Source of the DNA: Lobosporangium transversale
Lineage: Eukaryota
Direction of reading: 5' to 3'
NCBI RefSeq assembly: GCF_002105155.1
Contig: NW_019028980.1
Location: 62,001-126,000 of the forward strand
DNA: 64,000 nt
Below are positions 23,881-35,774 of the stretch, one piece after another. A model generated the notes under the pieces. The model searched no databases. It saw nothing but the letters and a program-made list of their open reading frames with translations, and was not told where the DNA came from. The translations under genes were made by a program, and so were the position numbers. Numbering within the stretch: the stretch's first letter is position 1; the number at the start of each line of letters is the position of its first letter.

Positions 23881-25467
23881 TTACTTTTCGTTGCTGCCTT
23901 CTTTAAGAGCCTGTTCCGCCTCCATTCGTCGATGATGGTACTCGGCGCAACGATGCACCATCGTCTCCCACAGACCTGACACGTCGTTACCGAACGCTTG
24001 GACTCCAACATCACCACCATGCATCTCACGGGCTCTGCGTAATATCTCAGCCTCTGAATATAACACAGGTGGTGTTCCTCTATTCTTCGCTGTTCCAGAT
24101 GATTTTCGATCCTTAATCTTTTGAAACTGCCGTCGGCCAAGGTGATATGCTGCCCTCATCTCCCTTTTTGTTTTATAAACCGTTGCTTTAGCAACCATAA
24201 GGGCCTCGGGGAGTGGTTCGGGATATTTCTCAAAATGTTGTTTACGACAATTTAAGCAGAGTCGAATTGTCCACTGCTTTTCTTGCGCTTGTTCCCGATG
24301 TCCCTTATCACCATGTTGTTTACGATCTTGTGTACACTGTGGAGGTAGCAATGAGGAGGGCTGCCATGCTACGGGCAAGGGCATTACTGTCATTCCAGCT
24401 GGTTGTCGTCGTCCGTCGCACTTGCGGAAGCATTGTTCACACAATTGTAGACTTAGCACGCACATATAAAGCATAAAGTTGTGTGACGCCATTAATTCGG
24501 GAATTTTTTGTACTGTGACTTTTGGTAGCCCATGCATCCTGTTGTTGTACCACAGGGTCCAACAAGAAAGCCCCGTCACAACCTTGTATAGCATCTTGTT
24601 TGCCTGTGAAAGACGCGCTAGTTGAGATGGATACAGGTACGAGCAGATTTTGACCCATAATGAGTTCGGAATTTGCTCAATAATAGCCACATCCCTATCC
24701 GTTGCGGCTGATACTGGTGCTGGTGGAGCATTACGGCCATGACAATCTCTCTTGTGGCTTCGATTACGTCTGGAGCTCTTTGACTGAAGTTGTGAATAAT
24801 TTCGCGCACAGTTAACCTTCTTTGTAACTATCGGCAGTAGTGCCACATTTGAGGATCCTACTACTGGTGCAGTTGTAGAAACCATTGCTACAACCGTAAT
24901 GGAATCGGTCGCATCATCATCATCACTATCACCATCACTATCGCTATCAGCAGCAGCATCAGTAGTATTTAATGGCTCTGACGCAGGTGGTGCAGAAGGT
25001 GAAGGGAACGAAGGACCCGTTGGCGAAGACTGGGGTGAATGTGACTGAGACTGAGATTGAGACTGTGACAAAGGCCGAGCTTGTCGAGGGGTAGCAACAG
25101 ACGAGCCATTGCTATCGGAACTCCAATCTGAGTAGTCGTCGCTTTCGTATGTAATTTCTTGGAATGAATCCTCATCACTGTGTTTATTGTGATTTCTATC
25201 AATACTGCTGATAGAACGACCAGAGCTGAGCAAATCAAAATCGTCACTTGTCCAGCTTGTAGTGTCTTCATCATCATTCTTCTTGCGTGATGATATCACT
25301 GCTTCTGCAGCTGGAGATGCTGTTGCTGTTGTTGCTTCAGCAAGATTGAGATGAGTAAGTAAGTTTCTGAGTGCTTCTTCTGCCACTGGCGCTGCCACTA
25401 TGTCTGGTCTATCAGAGTTAGCAGGCGAAGACACTTGCTGGGCCAACTTGGATGGAGAAGTTGCCAT
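23881..25467 (-). CDS. F-box protein (528 aa) with a disordered N-terminus and a C-terminal XPA/Rad14-like Zn-finger/DNA-binding-like region
   Basis: F-box IEQIPNSLWVKICSYLYPSQLARLSQANKMLY; CEQC...CLNC pairs; then KTKREMRAAYHL...LYSEAEILRRAREMHGG. Confidence 0.75.
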   Translation of the reverse strand: MATSPSKLAQQVSSPANSDRPDIVAAPVAEEALRNLLTHLNLAEATTATASPAAEAVISSRKKNDDEDTTSWTSDDFDLLSSGRSISSIDRNHNKHSDEDSFQEITYESDDYSDWSSDSNGSSVATPRQARPLSQSQSQSQSHSPQSSPTGPSFPSPSAPPASEPLNTTDAAADSDSDGDSDDDDATDSITVVAMVSTTAPVVGSSNVALLPIVTKKVNCARNYSQLQSKSSRRNRSHKRDCHGRNAPPAPVSAATDRDVAIIEQIPNSLWVKICSYLYPSQLARLSQANKMLYKVVTGLSCWTLWYNNRMHGLPKVTVQKIPELMASHNFMLYMCVLSLQLCEQCFRKCDGRRQPAGMTVMPLPVAWQPSSLLPPQCTQDRKQHGDKGHREQAQEKQWTIRLCLNCRKQHFEKYPEPLPEALMVAKATVYKTKREMRAAYHLGRRQFQKIKDRKSSGTAKNRGTPPVLYSEAEILRRAREMHGGDVGVQAFGNDVSGLWETMVHRCAEYHHRRMEAEQALKEGSNEK

Positions 25468-25530
25468 AGTGGAGCTTGCTTTGGACGTTGAGGTGAGTTT
25501 GGTGAAGAGGAAAGAAGCAAGTATATATAC

Positions 25531-25562
<32 letters not shown>

Positions 25563-26087
25563 CTTTAGAGAAGAGCTTTTTCTGCTGTTGTAGAGTCTTG
25601 CCAAGTATGTGGAGTTAAATGGGTGCAAAGTGGATTCTTTGTCTCTAAAGGTCAAGAGGTAAAAAGGAGAGGAAAGAAAGAAAGAAAGGAGGCGGGATGA
25701 AATAGCTTCTGAAAGCAGGGGCAAAAAAAGATGCACAGACCTGCTTGAAGAATACTCGATGGCAGGCGCAGCCCTTCTTTTTTTTTATGCACATTTTTGT
25801 AATACAATCAATAAAAATACAACGCAACACAACATGATTGGAGCTGAGACTCTTCTGGCCAGGTAGACAGGTTATGATAGTCAAATATGAAATAAAAATA
25901 AAATAATAAAAGCGTAATTATTTTTACAGTGACAAGTAAGGAAAAGGTGGACACATGAACTAATGCTCAATGTACCCTTGTAGATTGGTAGATGAAGATG
26001 CGGATGTGGATATGGACGGGAATGGGGTTGTGGATATGGATTGGATATGGAAATATAAAATGCAAAATGTACCCTATGTTTTTGCAT

Positions 26088-29000
26088 TTACGGTTGCCTA
26101 ACTATCAGCTCCGCTAGGTTCTCGGAACCTTCAATAGATAAATTCTTCTCATTCGCAAGATGTAACAGGCAGATAAAGCAAAATGGTACTGAAATTTCCT
26201 TCAACTTATGCTCTGGATACATCTTGTTCAGACCACCAATAATCTCCGTGAATCGTTGTTCCTTCTTGACATAGCCTTCGGCTTCATCTCCCATGCTTGC
26301 ATCAATATTCTCTACTGCCTCAGTGCCATTTTCCATGCTACTCTCTACATTGGCCTTCTTCTTGCTCCTCCCTTTATCTAGATCCTCGCCTACTGGCTGT
26401 CGTTTCAGTGCTTGTTGAGTCATCTCCTTCCAAATATTGTCCTTCAGTTTTTTGACGTCTACCTTCTTGGCAGTCTTGGAGAAGTTGATAAATGCCGCCT
26501 TGACACGTTTGGGTTGAGAGACCAGTTGACTCGCATAGTCATTACCATCGCCATCAAGTCCAAGCCCAAGTCCAAGACCTATTCCACCCATAGTACCAAT
26601 TCCGATATTGTCGCCACCTACATTGGCAAAGAAGCCCTGTTCTTGGAATCCATAATCATCCTCGTCATCCTCAATGTAGTCGTTATAAATCTGAGTCTGA
26701 TCCAACTGATCTGTTAGTGCAGCGACATCATTATCTTCCACATTGTTAGTATGTGACGCCCAAAACTCTTCATCTGGAAATACAATGTTAACTATAAATG
26801 GAATAAAATAAAGAAAAAAGATAGTGAGTTGAGTGCTTTGTCTAGAAATAACAGCAATGGTCAATCCCATCATGCAGTATCTTACATGATTCTTGTTCAG
26901 GGTTTTGAAGATATCCAGACTGATGTCTCCGAGTCTTGGATTTTATCTATTGGGGATGATTATTCAGTATAAATGAAGATAAAAAGTATTCGGTATCGAC
27001 AGAACACAGTAATTTTTTTTTTTTCCTAGTGAGCAGCTTACAATAAAGCTGGGTTTCGTAAACATGCGCAAGAGTTGCTTGGATGAAAAGTGGATATCAT
27101 CTGGGAGGACATGCTTTGACTTCCTGTTCTCTGCTTCGTTCGCCTGCGTAAACAAAAGTGAAGACGCATCTGCTGGTGCAAATAGTTCATCTTCATCTAC
27201 TTCCGGAGCATCTGTAAAGTTGATAAACAATGGAACTTTTCCTGTCCGTTTCTTGGTTGTGCCAGCTGTCACATCTTCTTCGCCAGGCACAGTTCCCTCG
27301 GCTGGAATTGAAGGAGCAGCTTTGTCTATCAAAGAAATTAGTAATATATGAGAACGACAGCCTCCATACAGGCATCTCTATATAATATTTGTTAATGTGA
27401 AATAAATCATTATAAAAGTAGTATCTACCTTTAGAAATGCGCCGTAGTTTCCAATGTTCGGGACCGGCCCAGTTGCGCAAAAGAGCCGCGTCAAAATATG
27501 AGTACATATCTGGGTGTCCCTTGACCATAAGATCATCTGTGTCCAGAATGTTGTTGTCAAATGCAGGTCCTGCACGCTGAGCTGCAATCTGATCATCCAA
27601 GTCACCAAATGCATCCATAATTCGGTTATCATCCTGGGGTTCCTCTTTCGGTTCTTCTAATACCATATCATGATCACGTGTGTTATCGGGATCGTACACT
27701 TCTGGATTGCCAAAGTCAACGTCGTCATCAAAGTTGTCAAGAGCGAAAGTATCTCTATCTTGATTGTTTTCGGCATGCCAATCGTCTTCATCCTCATTTT
27801 CATCATGAAAGCGCTTCAAGAACGAAAAGTCCATATCTGATGTTCCTGTAAGTTGAAAATCTTTTAGAGAAGGACAAATGTCCTTTTGAAAAATTTGATT
27901 TAGTGATGGTAAAAACTTGGCTAAAAAGCAGGAAAGAGAGAGCGAGAGAAAATATTGTGAGTCTTGAGAACAACAGCGGATAGTCGTTTGAACCTGCATG
28001 GTGACATTAGCCCCTTGGCTGTGGACTTACACCGGAGCCTTTGGATATCTATCGTTGCCGATTCAATTTCTATCTTTCGTTTAAGCTTTTTCTCTGGTGA
28101 TATTTCATTTTCGTCCTGCTCCTGTGTATCCCGATCTTCGTCTTCTCCTCCACCTTCAGCTCTCTCATCCTCGTATTCATCATCGCCCTCATCACGAGCA
28201 TCACCAGCATCAAAGATGATTTTTCCTTCTGCATCCATATGTAGGTGGTTAAGCAATAAACCACGTGCGCCGCCCTCATCAAAATCAGCGGAAGTCTTTT
28301 TGAAGAGAGGATCTACTGAGAATTCCAGGTTAAATTTTTCGAGAGAGAGAGTACTAAAATCTTTAGCAAGAGTGTTACCGCTGCGATTTGCGTGTTTCTT
28401 CTTTGCTGGCTTATCTTGTTCTTCATCATCTTCATCCCTATCCTCTGAACCACCCTGTTCAGGTCCTTTCGCACTTGTTGCCAAGCCGCCAAGCAACTTT
28501 GTAGTCTCAGTTGCAACCGAGTCGACACGCGAGGTATAAATTTTGACGCACCCGTCCAGTGTGCATGATGCTTTTTGAAAATTGATCGAGTCTCCTTCTC
28601 GCAGCAGTGACATTTCGTGAAAATAATCAATCAATGCAAAATTCCAGCTGTTGTTGGCGTTGATCTTGTTGTCAGTTGCAAGTTTGAGCCATTGTTCAAA
28701 ACTATCGGCTGACACTTTGAGTAATGATGGTAATGGTGCTTGATGCGATTCGACAACTCCAAGAAGACTGCTAGTGCCACTAGGTCGAAGTTTACTTCCT
28801 GGACTGGCCAAGTTACTACTGCTTCCGCCTGCGTTGTTGTTGTTTAAGCTTCGACGTCTATCGCCGTCCTCTGCCCCATAGGAGAGTAATGAGCGCCGAC
28901 GCGCTGCACGTTCATCCAGTAAGGATCTCCTACGCAGCGATTTCTCTTTAGCATCATCGTTCAATTCAGTTGTGCCGCCTAGAGGCACCTCGATGTCCTG

Positions 29001-29135
29001 GAAGCGCGAGAATGACGAGGCTGATTGTGGCGATGGCCAAGCCTGACTGCTGCTTTGGCTACCGCTGCTATTACTACTACTTGCACTGTTGGCATTCGGA
29101 TTCTCGAAGCTTTTTCGCTGTCCTGAGGTCTGCAT
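26088..29135 (-). CDS. cnd2: Condensin I kleisin subunit (Cnd2/Brn1/CAP-H, barren), ~881 aa; exons 29135-28031, 27920-27429, 27325-27042, 26946-26886, 26791-26088
   Basis: Hallmark motifs FEQWLKLATDNKINANNSWNFALIDYF, NFQKASCTLDGCVKIYTSRVDSV, DPLFKKTSADFDEGGARGLLLNHL, NWAGPEHWK and FCFICLLHLANE. The introns keep frame; the last acceptor is ambiguous. Confidence 0.95.
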
Positions 29136-29205
29136 TCTTGTCTCACTGATAATGAGGTGCTGACGATGGTGGCAATAGAAAAAAATAAAATAAAACATCG
29201 GTAAC

Positions 29206-29267
29206 TTATCACGTGATAAACCGTTAAGCGTTGAGTGAACCCTGTGTTGTGTGAATGTCAAACGCGT
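29206..29267. promoter_or_regulatory. Candidate motifs in the divergent cnd2 / 2OG-oxygenase promoter: 14-bp palindrome TTATCACGTGATAA (29206-29219) and MCB-like ACGCGT (29262-29267)
   Basis: The motifs are read directly; their function is inferred from yeast bHLH (CACGTG) and MBF (ACGCGT) sites. Confidence 0.4.
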
Positions 29268-29458
29268 CACTCAACAGAAAAGGTCATGATTTCTTCTCTT
29301 GATTTAATTCAATTCAATTCCTTCCTTTCTTCTTTTTCTTTTTTTTTTTTTCTCTTTCAAAAAAAACCTTTTTCTCAGACCATTTCATTAAATCCATTCC
29401 AACTCCCACTCTGTCCTTTCAAGTAAAAGCCCATCTATTCGGAACAGGCCTCTGCAGT

Positions 29459-30646
29459 ATGGATGATGAATTGAACGTGCGCAGCTTATACGGGGAGGAA
29501 GAGCTTACGGAAAACGTCATTATTTGGTTTGGAGCCAAATCAGTGCAGTTCCCTTTAGCTCCAGATAATATTTCCAAGATCTCGGAGCTAGTAGAGAGCT
29601 GTGTTCCTTCAGGATTTGGAGTGAACGAACGTACTGTTTTCGACAACTCGTATCGCAACTGCAAAGAGCTGAAGCCAAAGGACTTTACACTGTCCAATAA
29701 CTACCACGAGCTTATTCCGAAATTCGTAGCTGATATTGCCAACATCTTGGAGTCGTCTAAACCGATTTACGCGTCACTCAACAAGATATGTGTGTATGAG
29801 ACCCATGGGTTCTTCAAGGAGCATGTTGACACTCCTCGGTCCAACATCTTTGCATCTCTCGTTGTATGCTTGCCTACTGGCTATGAAGGAGGTATGCTTG
29901 TTGTGGAAGACAGTGCCTATGACTTATCATCTACGAAGGCGATCAAGTGGTGCGCATTCTATCCGGACTGTAAGCACAGGATTGATGAAGTCACTAAAGG
30001 CTTCCGAGTGACATTGACTTATGACTTGTTGTACCTCGATCTCCCTAAGCCGACTCCATACCATGACCGTTTGTATATAACGCTCGAAAAGTCATTGCGT
30101 GACCTTCATACAAAATACCCAGGGTATGTCATTGGAATAGGTCTAGCCAACAAGTATCCAACACCTAGTCAGCAAAAATCAGGAGGCCATAGGGCAAAGC
30201 CAATCCTAAAAGGACGAGATCTTAGGGTAGTATCAATCCTACGCAATCTCGGCTACACTACAGACATCAAAGCTGTGTTCAATGTCGAAGCTAGGAATGT
30301 GTCGGAATATGATGGTAAAGAAAGTGACGCGTTTCCAAAAGACATATATCAAGTGAGAAAGTTGGTTGAGGAAAGAGGTAACAGAGAGGATGTTTATGTG
30401 TTATCAGATGACTGGGACGGCTGGCATGAAGAATTTTATCAAGATGGCGAAGACTCTGCAATTAAAGAGCTCTACGAACATGGCGGAAGGTGTATCGAGA
30501 ATCTAATTTGGTTATCAGAACCACAATCGTGGCATGCAGGACCATCATACATTACATATGGCAACGAACCAGGCTTGGGCTTTGTGTACAAGGATGGATG
30601 CATCCTTGCTTATAAGCAGGAGAAGACAACTGATCAAAGTGACTAA
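29459..30646 (+). CDS. 2OG-Fe(II) oxygenase (prolyl-4-hydroxylase-like), copy B (395 aa)
   Basis: HxD...H...R residues are intact (KEHVDTPR; CKHRIDEVTKGFRVTLTY), with a C-terminal YITYGNE motif. Intronless. Confidence 0.88.
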   Translation: MDDELNVRSLYGEEELTENVIIWFGAKSVQFPLAPDNISKISELVESCVPSGFGVNERTVFDNSYRNCKELKPKDFTLSNNYHELIPKFVADIANILESSKPIYASLNKICVYETHGFFKEHVDTPRSNIFASLVVCLPTGYEGGMLVVEDSAYDLSSTKAIKWCAFYPDCKHRIDEVTKGFRVTLTYDLLYLDLPKPTPYHDRLYITLEKSLRDLHTKYPGYVIGIGLANKYPTPSQQKSGGHRAKPILKGRDLRVVSILRNLGYTTDIKAVFNVEARNVSEYDGKESDAFPKDIYQVRKLVEERGNREDVYVLSDDWDGWHEEFYQDGEDSAIKELYEHGGRCIENLIWLSEPQSWHAGPSYITYGNEPGLGFVYKDGCILAYKQEKTTDQSD

Positions 30647-32180
30647 GCATTTGATACAACCATGATGTGCTTATCACTATCATCAACAATAACGATATTA
30701 CTTATCATTGCTATTTGCATTGCTATCGTTGTCAAAAAAGATACAATATAATTATTGTACCTCAATAAACATTTTACGTATTTGCTCATACCCATTCATT
30801 CATCCCTGCCAACTCAGCCCGAGCAATAGGCTAAAACTCGTATCTCGGTTTTATTTGTAGTAATCGTCCTCACATGCGCATAGCGCTGTGTAGACCAACT
30901 TCCTGCAACATAATATCCTATGCTACAGTATATTCGAGGCAAGAAAAGCCCTGTCCATAGCCTCATCTCATGCTGCCTTTGAACACTGCCTTTGGCATTA
31001 TTTTGTTTATACCTTTCGAAACTTCTATTTTCTTCGGCTAGAACGCATCGGTTGGTGTTCTCTCTACAAAAGCGATAGGTCCCACCACTCTAGCCAGCTA
31101 TTGGCAAATGTTACACGCTCCTAAGACAGTAGCCTCCGGTTTGCTGCTCAGAAATGACGGATCCTCCCTTTTGGATTGAACTTCACTCCTCTTTTTTTCT
31201 TTTTCTTTTTCTTTTTTTTTTTTTTTTTTTTCTTAGCTGTTGAGGTGCAAAGTATGATAATGACTAGCCGATGAAGACAGTAACAAGTAATGAGTATAAC
31301 TTTTAGAGAAGTTTGGGTATAGTTCTTGAAAAATGGCCTTTGTCTTTGAGTTAAGCCTTCCTTTACTGTAATGGCCAAAAGATTGGGTCACCGCGACAGG
31401 AAGGCCATCCTTGAGTCTGGAGTGGACTTCAGGAATAATCCAAATGAAGTGACTTCGTTACGTTTCATTTCCGATATCAGGTGGATCGGAGGGAAGAGTT
31501 GACTTTTGGGGAAGATGGCACCACACTCAAGGACTATTCGACTCAAAATAAGCGATTTGGAATCATTTGGACCTGGTCGCCCAGAATTGGGTCAAGTGTT
31601 TGTGCGCTTTTCTTCACGATATACCATGTCTAGACCAAATGTATTCATAGCCTATAGTATGCACATGACATGTATCATTGTACAGTAGCACAACAAGGCT
31701 TGAAGCACCCATGAATACAAGTGTGCCATGTTATCACTTGAATGTTCTTATTTTACTGCAAGGAGCTTCCCTCTATTTACTTGACCAATAAACGATTGCT
31801 AGACATTCTTTGACAGTCTTCCTCGCCTGTCTTTGCTATATACTACACAGTTATATCCATCTTTATTTGTTTTTTATTTTTTATTTTTTAGGTCACTGCC
31901 TTCAATAGAGTCATTGCACACGGCATTGAATTACCACGTCCAAAGTATGTTGTTGGTGCAAGTTGAAGGCCAATCGTTTAAACGTGCTCTACAATTTTTC
32001 CTACTTGTAGGGAACGAGACCGTCATTGTAATACAGCGACCAACTCAATCTAGGTTGCGTTGCCTCTGATCAATGATGAGATTGGCCAGCTGAGTTACAG
32101 CGATCACAGCCTAGTGCAGGGCTTAGTATAATAGCCTTAAGGCCTAGTCTGATGACCTCCGGACATAAAACATATTTACA

Positions 32181-35100
32181 TCAGAAAGGCTTCACGTGCC
32201 GTCCTGCCATGGCCGTGGGTGCAACTTTAACTATACCCTTGGGCACAATCGCTCTCAAGTTCATATCGCCTTGTATATCCTTTCCCAAAGATAGAAATGT
32301 ATGCCCGGATATTGGAATGGTTGGTACTATACTTTTTGCCATTGGAAGCTTGACCAGTATTGTTGTGCTCGTAGTAGGGGTTATTGTTGCTGCTATGATG
32401 GATGACGCCGACGAGGTTGTTGTTTTAGCAGCTTCTTCTCCTACCAATTTTGCCTTCTTTAAGCTGGTTGCGATTGGATAACCCAAGACTAACAGAACCA
32501 ATCCAGATAAAATGAAAATCATGTTGGTGACATTCATAAACTTATGGCATAAGCAAATACCATTAAACCTTGATGACTTGGGCAGAGGTATCATTTTGTC
32601 ACAAGTCTCGAGGTGCTCAGATGGTTGTCTGCTATGCTGTCGATCGCCATTCCCATCATCATCACTACAACTATAATGACCATAGTCCAGAGACACCTCT
32701 TCACCAATGTTTTTAACTTTTTCTTTGCTGTTACGACCATTGCCGCCTCTATTGACTCCTTTCATGAAGCCAAAGCCGAGAAATCTTCGAGGTGTGAATG
32801 ACGAGAGGTCATTAGGATCAGAGATACGTTGTTTCTGCTGCCCTGGCGCTAACTTTGATTCTTCACAGTTTACTCTGAACTTTTCTTCCTGATTAAGCGA
32901 ATCAAGAGCATAACCAGGTCCGTATCCAAAGCTACAGTCATTCCAGCCTCCTTGATTATGATGGTGTACCCTTTCTAATTTGTCCATATCAATTGCCCTG
33001 ACACCTCCATCTTGATTTTTTATTAAATCTTCCGATCGATGCCCAACTTTAGTAGCGAGCGAAGACAATGACTTTGATGACGGGCCCAAATCCTTGTCGC
33101 ACCAGTTTTTGTTCCTGGCATCTATAAAAGCATTGTCATAGCAGGATTGCTCCTGTTTACGCTTAAGCTGGCCAATACACTCATCGTTGGATGGTGACCT
33201 CATCAGATAATCCGCGTTGAAGCCTGAAGCCATCCCTATACTTGATCGACTGAGTGGACGCTCTACAGCAGACATGGCTGCAAGTGCAAGCGGGCTGGGA
33301 CAATTTCTGGTCCTAATAAAAGTAGATTGAGGGGTATTCAACAATCCTTCCAAATGACATTGTTGCTGTTGCTGCTGTTGTACAAACATTCGTTGTAGGG
33401 ATGCATTTGAACCATTATAATGATTCTCTGATGAGCCAAGGCAATAAACTGATAGCTCTTTGTCATTTGCTGGTGAATCTTCTCTATAGGGCGTAATATA
33501 GGACAAATACTGATCATGGGTCATTGTCATGGACGGCGACTCAGAGCTTGGAGTACAAAGTACTGTGGTTGCGGATAGTGCACTCAATTCAGCCGGCGTA
33601 TGCTGAGGAATCACAATCGTAGGAAACATGGCTGGTGTGTTCTTGCGCCTTGTACCAATATATCTATCTCTAGCGTAATCGCTGTTGCCTTGGAGCCCCA
33701 AATGTTCACTGAACACGATGGCGCGAGATCGACGGAGAAATGTAGGTGCTAAAGGTGAAAGCATAGGTGGAGAAACATCACCGTTGTATTTTGACAAAGA
33801 TGATAACGGGTTGAGTCTCGCTACAAATATGCTCGTAGTAGACGAGATGAGCTCTCGGAATGATGAGAATGGAGGCAGGACTGCTTCATGTAAATCTGGG
33901 GGAAGCGATGCTGGCGGTTTATGGCACCCAAATGTTGCAGAGCTAGAACGGTCGCTATACTCAATAAAAGGATCTTTAATTAAGCCATCATCAACCGTTT
34001 GCTGAATGTCCTCATCTTCAGTAGCATAATGACTGCTGTTATATTCAAGGGCATTGTTGCCAGAAATAATCGATGATACGCCTTTTTTTAACTTTCCGAG
34101 CGATACGTCCAATGGTCTGCCACGGGAGAGACGAATGTCTCTCGAATCGGCTGCAAATTTGCACTTCTGGACTTGAGGAGATGTCAATGAGATAGTAGCG
34201 TATTCTTCATCCAATGGAATCAGTTTCAAAGACTTGCTCGAAACTGGGATAGTTTCAACCGTGTCATGAATAGCCACCGTGCGTGAGTGTACCGTCCAGT
34301 CTTCGGCATCCACACTCTCGCTTGCTCCATCTCTACTGCGCTTCTTTCTACTGACCACGCTCTTTAATGGCTGACTTTCAGGTACCCCTAGCCCAGAGGA
34401 GTTGCGCTTGTTTTGAAGAGATATGGGCGAGTCATGCATTGGTATGTCACTAGCAGCACCCCACCGATCCAAGCCATTCATGCTGATATCCCTTTTATGA
34501 TAGGTCTGTGCTTCTTGATTTTGATCTCGTTGGCCTCGTTGGCCATGCTGTTTTTGAGTAGTACCGAAAGTATTTCGATTCAAAGGCCAGACGGGGGTAA
34601 TCGAGTTTGTTATTCCCGTTTTTTCCTGGACTTGAGCGCTAATATAGTCTTCAAGCTCTCCACCCTGCTTTATTTCGTTGACACTTCTCCCTTGTTGGTC
34701 ATTGCTTTGATTGAATAGCGGCCCGACCCGATGAGATTGATCTCTGTAGGTTCGAGTAGATTGACAGGTGCCACTAGCCTTCGTTGTACCAGCTGATGAT
34801 AGACCACAGTCATCCGTACCAACATCCTGATCATCTTCAGTGGTGGTTCTATTTAATAATGACGACACCGCAATAAAACTTGGGGAGATTGAGCTGCAGA
34901 GGGCTGCATTGGATGGTGTATGTTGATGGCTGCTCGCTAAATGAGGTGATGGCGTTGCAAATGTGATAGGAATTTCTGGCACGAGGTCCCTTCCACGTGG
35001 GTTCTGGCTGGCTCTGGTATTTGGTGTAGACAGTGTGCCATCACTATTATAAGCAATGCTTCGAGCTTGATGTGAGAAAGAGGATCGGACAGATGATGGC

Positions 35101-35774
35101 GAGGAGGGAGAAATAGCCAAAGGACAATATGGCTCAAAGTTGATATTACTATGAGGCAAAAACGAAGCCAAAGGTGGTTGTTCACTATCGCTTATAGATG
35201 GTTGACACTGCTCTATGCTTTCTTCAGACTTCAGCGGCTGGCGCCGCTGCTGTTGCTCTTGCTGTTTCGCGGTCAAGGTATTTGTCCTGTTGATCGCAGC
35301 AGAACTCAACGCGTTGCTCTGAATATATGAAGAGGAAGACATGACCTTAAAGGACTTGAACTCTGCAGTTTTTGCGTTCTTATTTTTTGGATCGAGAGCA
35401 GCTAATGCATCACGTCTTGCCTGAATCACACGCGCTTCATCATCGTCACTGTCATCATCATTATCATCGCCATCCGTGTCATTCTGGTTATTGGTGTTAA
35501 TCTTGATGCCCAAAAGAAGCCGGCGTGCATTGTCTGTAAATTGGTTCCTGAACCCAGTTGTAGCAGCAGTAGTAGGGTATTGATTACTGATAGTGGAGCT
35601 ATTATTACCGTTGCTAGAACTGAAGTCGGTGTTATTTTTGTCAGCGTTGAAAGGAATTGAAAAAGGATGCCAAAGCAGGTCGACCTTCTTATTAGTCTTT
35701 GCTGCAACTCGCTTCATTAATTTCTTATCCATCCTAATTGAGTAACTGGGAGATGGGGACGGGTTAATAATCAT
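32181..35774 (-). CDS. Hypothetical ~1,190-aa disordered protein with a single C-proximal TM helix
   Basis: Long uninterrupted Ser/Asn/Gln-rich ORF with the TM segment NVTNMIFILSGLVLLVLGYPIA, followed by a short Ser/Thr-rich tail. The start is ATG 35774 or 35732. Confidence 0.75.
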   Translation of the reverse strand: MIINPSPSPSYSIRMDKKLMKRVAAKTNKKVDLLWHPFSIPFNADKNNTDFSSSNGNNSSTISNQYPTTAATTGFRNQFTDNARRLLLGIKINTNNQNDTDGDDNDDDSDDDEARVIQARRDALAALDPKNKNAKTAEFKSFKVMSSSSYIQSNALSSAAINRTNTLTAKQQEQQQRRQPLKSEESIEQCQPSISDSEQPPLASFLPHSNINFEPYCPLAISPSSPSSVRSSFSHQARSIAYNSDGTLSTPNTRASQNPRGRDLVPEIPITFATPSPHLASSHQHTPSNAALCSSISPSFIAVSSLLNRTTTEDDQDVGTDDCGLSSAGTTKASGTCQSTRTYRDQSHRVGPLFNQSNDQQGRSVNEIKQGGELEDYISAQVQEKTGITNSITPVWPLNRNTFGTTQKQHGQRGQRDQNQEAQTYHKRDISMNGLDRWGAASDIPMHDSPISLQNKRNSSGLGVPESQPLKSVVSRKKRSRDGASESVDAEDWTVHSRTVAIHDTVETIPVSSKSLKLIPLDEEYATISLTSPQVQKCKFAADSRDIRLSRGRPLDVSLGKLKKGVSSIISGNNALEYNSSHYATEDEDIQQTVDDGLIKDPFIEYSDRSSSATFGCHKPPASLPPDLHEAVLPPFSSFRELISSTTSIFVARLNPLSSLSKYNGDVSPPMLSPLAPTFLRRSRAIVFSEHLGLQGNSDYARDRYIGTRRKNTPAMFPTIVIPQHTPAELSALSATTVLCTPSSESPSMTMTHDQYLSYITPYREDSPANDKELSVYCLGSSENHYNGSNASLQRMFVQQQQQQQCHLEGLLNTPQSTFIRTRNCPSPLALAAMSAVERPLSRSSIGMASGFNADYLMRSPSNDECIGQLKRKQEQSCYDNAFIDARNKNWCDKDLGPSSKSLSSLATKVGHRSEDLIKNQDGGVRAIDMDKLERVHHHNQGGWNDCSFGYGPGYALDSLNQEEKFRVNCEESKLAPGQQKQRISDPNDLSSFTPRRFLGFGFMKGVNRGGNGRNSKEKVKNIGEEVSLDYGHYSCSDDDGNGDRQHSRQPSEHLETCDKMIPLPKSSRFNGICLCHKFMNVTNMIFILSGLVLLVLGYPIATSLKKAKLVGEEAAKTTTSSASSIIAATITPTTSTTILVKLPMAKSIVPTIPISGHTFLSLGKDIQGDMNLRAIVPKGIVKVAPTAMAGRHVKPF

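Noticed and set aside
2595..30646. Inverted oxygenase copies as terminal inverted repeats of a 28-kb mobile element
   Set aside because: No transposase or recombinase is visible, the enclosed genes include core condensin, and the copies are diverged paralogues.
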